From Paraphysomonas bandaiensis (Eukaryota; Protista; Chrysophyceae), in the NCBI GenBank assembly GCA_965644295.1, contig CBFFRP010000475.1:78339-142338 (forward strand): a stretch of DNA of 64,000 nucleotides, in the 5' to 3' direction. The notes under the pieces were generated by a model that was not told the DNA's origin, did no database searches, and worked only from the letters and a program-made list of their open reading frames with translations. Both the position numbers and the translations under genes were made by a program. This document shows, one piece after another, positions 28,052 to 38,095 of this stretch (within the stretch, counting starts at the first letter, position 1; every line of letters begins with the position of its first letter).

Positions 28052-28438
28052 TATTGAAAGTCTTATTATTAGCAATAGGCGTTAAAAACCTGCACCAACT
28101 TAGTAGCTAGATGAATGCTAGACAAACTAGTTAGACCTCTACCCTTAACTAATCAGTACACACTTATCCTACTATTTAACGCTACGGAAGCTGCTTGTGC
28201 GTCGCCGCAAGCACCAAGGTGCGACCACTTCCGCTCTGAGTTCTTAAGGTGAACATCCCGGATGCTTGACTTCAGCAGGCAGCACAATACCCCGGTTACC
28301 CTTCAGGTGGGCCCATTCCCGGATGCCTGTTTATTCGTCAGGGCCCAAAAACGTCTACACAAGTGACACTATTGGTGTCCCTTGTACCACACAAGCATTC
28401 GGCTATGAGTGGGCAGAAGCATATCTGCTGACTATGTT
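28052..28438 (-). mobile_element. Short non-LTR retroelement/SINE-like copy 2 with 13-bp TSD
   Basis: Family 3' tail at 28052-28233; direct repeat tagtgacgatata at 28039-28051 and 28439-28451; the 5' ~205 nt do not match the other copies. Confidence 0.75.
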
Positions 28439-28800
28439 TAGTGACGATATAACTTTAGTGAATGACAATGAATGATAAGAGATGTTGATCACCATTTTAA
28501 TTGATTATGGAGTAAATTTAAGGCTCTGTTACTTAATTTCAATGATCAAAATCATATCAGATTTGAATATTGCCGTCGACATAGTAAATGCAAGCGCTCA
28601 CAGGTGATTGAACAGTACAACCCCACGGTGTTAAAATAGTGCAAGACATTCGAATATCTTTTGGAGCTCATTAAGTTGATGTCAGTTAATGGTATGTTGT
28701 AAAAAAAAACACGCTCAGTCCACTCCCACATACATTATGATGATAGAGGTATGGCACAACTGAGTCTTATTATGCTATCGTATTAGGCAGGAATACTATG

Positions 28801-29752
28801 TATTGAAAGTCTTTTTATTTAGCAATAGGCGTTAAAAACCTGTGCCAATATAATGGCTAGTTGAATGCTAGACATACTAGTTAGACCTCTACCCATAACT
28901 AATCAGCACAAATTCCATTATCCTACTATTTAACGCTACAGAAGCTGCTTGTGCGTCGCCGCAAGCACCAAGGTGCGACCACTTCCGTTTTTGATGTTGA
29001 TTGCGAGTTTCGCCATTGTCGTGTGTCCTAGGACTCACCGGCGCTATATGATAGATGTGTATGTAGGGGACACGTTGTGCAACGTACAGCATGACAAGTG
29101 AAAGCAGTGATCTAAGTCTACTACTACAACACTGGAACTAATAAGACTACACATACATTGTGTGCAATTTGCATCGGGGACTGCCTTATGTACCTCACGG
29201 CAACCAGGGGAACACAGTACTATACCCTGCTTATATTGGCGATCTGGTGGCCTTCCTTTAGGCATTGTGCCAAGTGGCTCGGAGGTATGTGGATGAAGGT
29301 CTTGCAAAAGGTTATGGCCTACTGTGAAGAAGCGTCGAAATCGACTCTTTTGCTGTCTTAGCCAACGGTAGAGAGCACATGCAAGAGAGTGTATAGCTGG
29401 ACAGGGGTGGGATATGAGGGTCATCCGGTGTGTCCAGCAACAGGGAGTCGAGAGGGAGTGTGATGGTGCAAAAGAGGCAACATCTGATTGAGGAGAGTGG
29501 GACTGCGCAACAGAACTAAGTCTGCCAAGGTCGGGTACTCTGATAGACCTATGCACGAGATGATGATGATGATGGTCTGGAGGAGACACTCGGACGTCCT
29601 CAGCTGCCCTTGTTAGTGTCTGTGTTGGTGCAGGGGGGTACAGGCTGAGGCATAGAGTGTGTGTGGAAGGAAGATGACGGCAAGGTATCAGAGACGGAGG
29701 GAGGGGAGATGGTTTGTCTGGAGGTTCTCGAGGAGGAGGTAGAGTGTAGGAG
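28801..29752 (-). mobile_element. 5'-truncated non-LTR retroelement copy 3 with 7-bp TSD
   Basis: Homologous to copy 1 over its length; family 3' tail at 28801-28987; flanking direct repeat tactatg at 28794-28800 and 29753-29759. Confidence 0.75.
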
Positions 29753-30482
29753 TACTATGAATACACATGTGCTTGAAAACCCGCCTATACCAGTGATTCG
29801 AAATTCAATCAACCTGTGATTTTCATCCACACACCATAGATGATGAGGCCCGGTGGGTGACTACATTATCTAGATTTACCCGATGAATATCTCTGGACAC
29901 TACTCTAAGCCACACATGCGAAAACCATTGTTTCCCCTCTGTCAGGATGATATCTTATCCTCTATCAATGAATCTAATTTATGGTAGTACGAGAAGATTT
30001 TGTGACAATAGTTCTACTTATGTCCTTGTTGCTGATGAGATGTTGTAGAAAATATTGGCGACCCTAATACACCTAAACAACAACAAAGCTATACAATGAC
30101 ATTGTAGTATGACTGGTTTTGAAGTTATATCAATGTTTTCTTTAAAATGGTTCTAATAGACACAAATATAATGGCAGCCATAAACGCATGGCGCTACTCC
30201 CACATAATGTTCTGCGCATGGGGCTCCAGTTTAAGACCTCTAACTACAAATTTCAAAAATAGAATTAATTAAAAGGCTAACTATATTTCAGATAGCAGTG
30301 TGTTTCAAAAGACAACGTCCAAAACCTAGAATGTCATAACCAGTCGTACTTTCAAGTATATAAATACATATCAACCGTAACCATCAGAAATCGAAAGACG
30401 CTGCCGTAAAAATAGCACTGTGAACATCTACCATAGATATAGAAGTAACAACGCATCCAGTCTATTCACGAACAGAGTAAAT

Positions 30483-30854
30483 CTACAATGTATTCTCTTG
30501 CACATTGGCAGAAACTTCTGACTTCGAAGCAGGTTTGAATACAGGCAATGGCTTCGTATTCCCTGTAGCTCTAGAGCCGTGAGTTGTGTGACCAGGAGGT
30601 GCTGTTGCAGGCTTCTTTCTAAAACAAAAGCAACCACTCTGTACCTCTTCCTGACTAACTTTGGCTTCGAGCTGCCTGTCTAACTGCCGACTTTTCATTT
30701 CTGCAATCTACGATAGCAGTTAGAAGGCGTGATCAAGAAAAACGCCTATGCAGAATACCTGAGCCCTAATCTCTACATTTTCATCTTTAAGCGCTTTGGT
30801 CTGCTCTCGCAAAAGCTGAACCTCTTTGATAAGAATTTGTAGTTGTGCTTCCAT
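30483..30854 (-). CDS. Small hypothetical coiled-coil protein (106 aa, two exons)
   Basis: Exons 30854-30759 (MEAQLQILIKEVQLLREQTKALKDENVEIRAQ) and 30707-30483 (IAEMKSRQL..GCFCFRKK..), joined in frame by a 51-nt GT-AG intron with a ctaac branch point. Confidence 0.6.
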
Positions 30855-31579
30855 TATACACGATGCCGTGTAACTGATGCTGTGCCAGAGTTATCAACAA
30901 CAGAAATAAGACGAATAACTCCTATATCTTTGCTCGCTTCAAAACAGTATCCGCAAAAACTCTTTGTAGCGAGTGGGAGTAATGATTGCTGTTATGTGTT
31001 GCAATCCAACCAAGCTGTAATTGCACGCACCTGCAGTCAAGTTTGCACAAGTACATCTCTGGATACGGTGGCATTGGACTCTATAGGGTCGAATACGGTG
31101 CCCCTACAACATCCTACAGGCACTATGGATATACTGATATACAGCAGTATACCTATACAGTGTGGTGAGCGATATCCGGTATCCGGATATGCCTGACAGC
31201 AAGTGTCCCTAGATATTTCATCATATGAAGATAATCTTTTCTGCACGTTCATATGACGGTAATCTATTCTGCATATAATATACGAAGATTATCTTCTCTG
31301 CATCTTCATCACATGCACTGATATATAGGGATCTGGTGTGTGCAGTTTTGGTACAGGTAAGACTACTGTATTATATGGAGGCGTTTTTCGACAAAGCGGA
31401 CCAGTGCGGTCCCACTTCTTTTTTTTGTGTTGATGTTTTCGTATGGAACATGTGTGTAGAGCTTTGAAATTGTTGTCAAAATGACAACAATTTCTATTAA
31501 GGAGCCAAGCGCCATACACATATATATAGAGAATAAAAAGTGTGTATTATTGTAGCGTAGACCCGTATTGTTGAGCTTG

Positions 31580-34500
31580 ATGGAAGAAACTCCGGCAAGA
31601 AGACTCGCCTTGCTGCCGGAGACCATCTCCCAGTCGGAGATGGTGACTGTATCTTTTAACACCCCACAGTTCGAGCGGCAGTTGCGTTGCTTCGACGTTC
31701 AGGACATGCGCGTGGTGCACAGCTCTGACTTTTTTGATTTTCTGTTTGAGGCGTTCCCATCCAGTAGAAATCTTGTCCATTCACGCAGCAGTGCGCGCAG
31801 CAGATTTGCGAGGCTTTTCCCGCAGCGTACTTGTAACTACATCAGAGATGTGGACGGAGGGGGCAGCGTATTGAAGGGGGCTTTCTACCCACTAGAATCA
31901 GCAGCATATTTCATAAACACATTTAATCTTCCCGGCAATGAGAGACTTGTGTATCGACAGCTGGTGGCATTGTCTTTTCAGAACTCCCAGTGTCCAGGAC
32001 TGCTGACCCTGGACACCCCCATGTGGGGCCCAATACTGTTATCGGGGCTGCATCTAGTACTTCCGATATCCCGGGTGGGCGAAGCAATACATCCATAATA
32101 AATACTGGTAACATCATGGCATACATGCATGCTAATATTATGTAGAACGCATTTATGTTTACACTGTAGGTATGAATTTGTCACTATATATATGCATAGT
32201 TGTAGAACTCAACACATACATACTTATAAACAAACTCATTACATCATATACTGTATGCACGCTAATATGTAGTCATTCATGATATCATTGTTGTTACTAT
32301 TACACTGACCACATATACATCAGATCAGATTCCAAATATAAGTGGGGCTAAGCGAAAGATTGATACGGCATTCACTGCAGGTAAGAAATTATAAACAATT
32401 ACCAAGTAGATAACTAGAGCTCACAACATAACACCCTACTATTATTATTAGCTACATAATATATTTTATATATCGCTCATTGCTATATACTCTCGATCAA
32501 CCACCATATATATTTTAATATAATATTGTTTTATGGCAATTTAGAAATTCCGAGAATTGGAAAAAAGTATGAGGCTGTGTCTGATTTAAAAAAGCAAACA
32601 AAGCACAGAATGAAGGTATGCCTTGTAGATATTATATATAGCTACGCATGTATAGTAGTATAAATTATTTCTGTTTGAATAGACATGGGTAACGAGGCAT
32701 TTCATTGACGTTGCAAAGACATTAAAAGCTGGACAGGAGGATATTCCAGGGGTTATACAATTAGGTGTGCAAGGTGTGGAGGAGAAGCTGCATGAACGTA
32801 TTGTTTCCCCCCACACTATTGAACCCTCTTCGATAGTAAATGATACTGAAGATAATTCAATGGTGCTGGCCTACAGAGTAAACACAGAGCTAGCTACTAC
32901 CGCATCAAAGAGCGTGGCACAGGCCCTTCTGTCTACAGTGTCAACTACTGGAGAAATGACACAGGCTACATTGGCCGAAAGATTTAAATGCTCTATGCGT
33001 CAGGTTAAAAAAGCAAAACGACAAGCCAAGATTAAAGCACCCGGTGTAGCACCGGTAACAGTACGCAGGCGCACTTTAAATCGTGTTTCTTCCGATCGTC
33101 TGAAGAGTGTTGTCAATTTTTTATTGTACGGTGAAGGATGCACGTATGCACCGGCATGCCAAAAATACTACAGCAAAAAGGTGGGAGTAAAGTATATTCT
33201 TCGTGAATCCTGCCAACAAAGTGTTCAAGCATGCCGGGCGTACATGATAGCAGAGGGTGTTCGTCCATTGGGACATACCTTGTTGCACAAACTCTTCAAA
33301 CATCCAGCCTTTACGACACAGGCTCCGGAGGAATGCACATGCAGTATGTGCTTGGACTACGGGCATTTTGTTGTTGTTGATGAGCTTCCAGAAATTTTGA
33401 ATTGCATGGAAGAGGCGTGGAAGACAGCATTCCCGAATGAAGCTGGTGATGTGACACTGGTGTTCAAACATTTGCGTGTACGCGTCACTAATTTAGGTGC
33501 TTATATGATGGGCCCAGGTACTAATTCTTTTTTAATAATTATTGCATGCTTCTAATTTGCAACACAGATATGGAAAGACATTTTCAATTACAAGCTGATC
33601 AAGTATGCAGATGTCTAACGACAGCCCTCAAGTCGTCACACGATCCGGCATGCATGCTGCATTGCACCCATGCATCAGTAGGAAACCCCACTGTGCTGGG
33701 TTGTGAGGGTTCCCGCCAGGACGAGAACAACTTTTGCCAGTATTGTGCCAAAATTATATCACTTCGGCAGAGACATTTCAGCTGTGCCACTCCAAACTGC
33801 AGTAATAAGTCTCATTGTATTTGTGTTAGACAACACAATCTAATGCAAATAGAAAGCGAGATGTGGGTCTGCAGTGCATGTGCCATGAATTTGCAAAGTC
33901 TTACCCACTCTCCTGCATGTGCCAACTGTTTGGAACAATATCAACTTATTACAGACATCACACAAAACTTGAATGCCTTGATGGAATTGGATGCATCGAA
34001 GAATCTTCGACAGAGTTTGAAATTCCTACAATACAGGATGAGTGTGGTCTGCAAAAAATTGGATAATTTACGAGGGCACAAGGCTCGAGTAGTGGCACAT
34101 AAGAGCAACTTTAGGCGAGTTCTGGGATTAATTTCAACTGACTGTAGCAAGTGTCTAGTACACTCAGATTATAGCAGCAAAATTAGCTTGAAGCCGCACC
34201 GTACCAGAACAGCCGAACAAGGTATCAAGGTTGTAGCACATATTTCAGTACTGACTTATAAATACCCTTCGTTGGATATCCGCCAGAGCTATACTGACAC
34301 AGACTTTGACGCAGTATATGGCCCCTTTGACCCTGTCAAGGAGGGAGACCTTTTTGAAGAGAATATCCAGACGTTATGTGACGACGCTTCCTTAGACTGG
34401 ACTCATGCTACCGCAACATTAGAGTGTGACATCAGGTGGATAAGAACACATCGCCCGTGGCTGAAAAATCTATATCGAGCAACAGATAACGTCGATTACT

Positions 34501-35924
34501 ACAAGTCAACTTTGCCACTTTGTGCTTTGGTAGATATGAATGAACACTTGAAAACGACTGCTACTGATGACACGAGCATTCGTATCCTGGAGAATTTTGG
34601 TGAGGAGCCTGGACATGGGAAATGTCGATCCGATACCATCACTGCTTTTATCAAAGGGACTGTAAAGAGGGCAAGAAATGATGGAAAGAGTTTTGTCAAT
34701 GCCGCTGATGTTGTCAACGAACTTCAACAAAAATCCCCTGTTGGGTATCATGTTCAAGAGATGCTTCTACCTCGACACAAAAAGTCTGTCAGAGCAACAT
34801 CCGCCATCAAAGGGATCAGCGACATAATTGGGTATAAGTTCTTGCCTTCAGCGGTTGTTTTGCAGGAAGTACCACCCTTGGGAAAAGGAGTTATATTACC
34901 TTACACAGTAAGTGTAATAATCTGCTGTTTAATAATTCTTTTCAACACTAATACTGCCGTCTGATAATGCTAATTTTTTGAGTAGGATCTTGTAAGTAAG
35001 CGTAGAGGTGTGATGTCTCTAGTGCCAACCGGGGCACATATTGTTGAGTCATCAGTGCAGTCTGTTGAAGCAATTAGTCGACAACTATTACCGAAGCCGA
35101 CTCACGAAACAAGGCTCAAAATTAAGAGGGCGGTTCAACAGAGAAAGCTTGACGCAAAGACGAAGAGATTAATGAAAGATCGAATGGAGTGTGATAGAGT
35201 AGAGTCCGTATTAAGCCAGTACAAACCTACTATTCCCTCTGCACGGTCGACAGACTCTTCCTCAACGTCAGCTACTGTGGAAACTCATTCCACGACTCGC
35301 AAATTTCCGACACCTGTAGTCCGAATTCTAGATCTGCTGGATTCTGGCATGAAATCTCATCCCTCGAACATACTGCTAGGTGGGAAAATGGATATATCAC
35401 AGAAAGAGATAAGCATCAGAATATCTTCCTTACAGGAATTACCCCAAATGGATGTTCAAGGGAACGTTGTCTCGAAAGTTAGTTGCTCTTCAATCAATGC
35501 CGCGACGATTTCAGTGGGAATAAAGTTGCACAAAGTAAATGACATAGTGATCAGTGCAGCCCATCTCCACGAGGGTATGGTTGAATTTTTACATAGGACA
35601 TTTTCCTGTGAAAACGATTCTCTCATTTGTCATTTCACCATGGGACCTCGGAAAGTATTTCCCCTCAGTCCAGGATATGCCCGTCGACTAAACAAGGAAA
35701 ACATACTGGAATCATTTACTGAAGAAATGAAAGACTGGTTGACAATACAGTATGATATGCCTGATAAAAGACAGGCTCCGACAATCCGACGGTACATGAA
35801 ATTACACTTTGTAGAGCCTTGGAAATGGCTTACTGTTGGTCAGATTTCCTCTTGGATTAGCATGAAAACGAGAGAGAAAAATAACGCCCCTTTAGTCCTT
35901 CCGTCTCCAGAAATCGTACGATAA
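31580..35924 (+). CDS. Sola-type (Sola3/Sola2-like) DDD transposase, spliced, ~1256 aa if one frameshift near 31975 is corrected
   Basis: Exons 31580-32107, 32324-32380, 32545-32615, 32683-33517, 33568-34907, 34986-35924 (GT-AG). Candidate catalytic motifs HSDYSSK, RATDNVDYY, EPGHGKCRSD; CTCSMCLDYG; internal C4HC3 finger; C-terminal GYAR..FTEEMKDWL..LTVGQISSWIS resembling Sola3. The first exon needs one extra nucleotide to join in frame. Confidence 0.75.
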
Positions 35925-36410
35925 TTGTAACACATTTATGAATGATAATAACCTTAAGTAGTACAAACAGAAGTTGACATTATTTATTTTGCTAAGGTTT
36001 GCTCTTCTCAATTGATAAGATGAAATTATAAACATTACATGATAAAGAACCTAAGTTGAATTCGATATGTTCACAACCACTCATTTACTACTATAGTGTA
36101 CAACCACACACTCAGTAATCGTATCCTGTATAGTCACCAACTTATATTTCAGTTTCATACTACTCAATATAATGTACTAATTATATATCTTTCGATCCTT
36201 GCATCTCACATAATACTGCACTCAATTGCAAGTATATAGAATCTTCAGATCTCAACAAGTACAAATCAAAAAAAGGTATCTGGTACAATCAAATCTAAGA
36301 AGTAAAAACAATAATATATAAATATACGCTTAACAAACATTAAGATAAATATGTTAACATTCAATAAACAGCATCATCCATTGTTTCACCTTATTATTAA
36401 GTCCTTGTAG

Positions 36411-36965
36411 CAGGGCTAGGGAACAATATATTGCAATACTGTTGTTAAATAGGGTTGTATCGACGGAGTATCCGTACATATGAGTATCACGTAGCACTAA
36501 TCAGTAAGTAAACACATCCGTAGATTCCAGTTTTAGTATTAGTCATTAAAATCACATGATATCCAAAACCACTACTGCATTGGCGTTCAAGTGTATTGGA
36601 AGTACATACTACAAGACTCGTGCACCTGTACATAGATATTTCAATCTTTCATTTCTTAATTTTATTAGCTCACTGAAGAAACCACTACTGTCTGAACGGA
36701 GATATATTCTAACAGCATCTTTCCCAGATCTTGTCAACTCAAATTCTTCGCCTGCTTGGATTTTTTTTAATTCCATTCTCAGAATTCGGATCACTAGCAA
36801 TGGAACTGTTTTCTTTAAAGCAGGTTTGGGATACCTAGCCCCGAAGTCCATCAATAAGCCGTCAAAAATGTTCCGGTCTTCATAAAGATTCACTTGACTA
36901 GAGTCTCCTGTTTGAAGTAGCTTAGACACGCTTTCAAACTTTCTCAGGTCGTCTACAAGCAAAGC
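36411..36965 (-). pseudogene. hAT transposase C-terminal relic with terminal sequence, nested inside the Sola element
   Basis: LVDDLRKFESVSKLLQ..RNIFDGLL..YP..(frameshifts)..ENGIKKIQAG..LT resembles the C-terminal part of oomycete/stramenopile hAT transposases; frameshifted and deleted; CAGGG-type end at 36411 matches 11362. Confidence 0.6.
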
Positions 36966-37927
36966 TCTGGGGGCTTGTGGGGTGGTCCATACCGGTGCCT
37001 ATGGTATTACAGAAAATAAAATAGGGGTACTTAATATTAAAATGTATTAAATCACATATATATATGGTAATGTAATGTTATAGAAAAAATATATTAGACA
37101 CATGGTTTATAATGTACCGGAAGTCTTCTTTACACTCTGGGGGTGATCTATGGGCGTCTGGGGTGGCACGTGGCGGTGCATGTGATAGCGGTACAATTAG
37201 AAGAAAAATATGTTTAATACGTATATAAATGCTAAATTACGGCTTCATTAACAATGTATATATAGTCTACAATGTATCTGTCGTGTTGGTCACCCTCTGA
37301 GGGTCGTCCAACGGCTCCTGGGGGTTGCAATCTATAGGAGGCTGATATCTGTATTGTTATGACATATTACAATAATATCTTTCGATAAAATCATCTATTT
37401 CTTAGATCATACGCTGCCATAGCAAATATACTTATGATGTATGCACTTTAATGTCTCTGTGAAGGTGGTAAATTGCTCTCGAGCTGACTGTATCTGATAA
37501 TTCCATACATATATTCAGAGTCTCATCTCCTGTTCCACTGTATTGTATACCGGTATACAGCAGTATACTCATACGTGAAAATGGTGGTGATGGTGAGTGT
37601 GAGTTTGGGTGTGGTGATGATGAGTGCCTGTTTTTTAGGTCGAGTGGGACCATCTACGGTCCTACAAGTGGAAGGCTGGTCCACTTTGTCGAAAAACGTC
37701 TCTATGGAATGTATGATGATGCCGTACTTTTGTATTCCACTGTAGTCCTAATGTCCAGATGAGGAATTCGGAGCAAACACGTACTCCTGTATGTAGTCCA
37801 GGTCTATCTAGAACCATATCCAAGCAAGGGTATAGTTATGTCCTCACGTAAACGGACACTGCTGTGATATGTATATCGAGTAGCGAAGTGTGACTGTGAC
37901 TTCATGATGGCTAACAAATCACATATA

Positions 37928-38095
37928 AGTACCTGAATATGTGCATACTGTATATTCATATGGATATGGAGTGTGTGATGTGTGATTAGATAGAAGTGAA
38001 GTGAAGTGAAGTGTGAAGTGTGAAGTGTGAGAGGGTTATGAGGACCCATCACTGCAATACACTCATATTCATATGGATGCTGTCATATACAGTAT
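37928..38095 (+). promoter_or_regulatory. Leader cassette/foldback containing the gene C start codon
   Basis: Matches 10417-10574 inverted. Arms 37945-37980 and 38047-38095 are imperfect inverted repeats around a (GAAGT/GTGAAGT)n microsatellite and the ATG at 38038. Confidence 0.8.

Larger units (their letters stand above)
31378..37702 (+). mobile_element. Full-length Sola-superfamily DNA transposon (6325 bp)
   Basis: TIRs gaggcgtttttcgacaaagcggaccag (31378-31404) and ctggtccactttgtcgaaaaacgtctc (37676-37702), 25/27 identical; GAG..CTC termini; 4-bp direct repeat TATG at 31374-31377 and 37703-37706; encloses a DDD-type transposase gene. Confidence 0.85.

Noticed and set aside
29836-29890. 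gatgatgaggcc as a possible hammerhead ribozyme core
   Set aside because: Lacks the CUGAUGA core and a properly placed GAAA with supporting stems.
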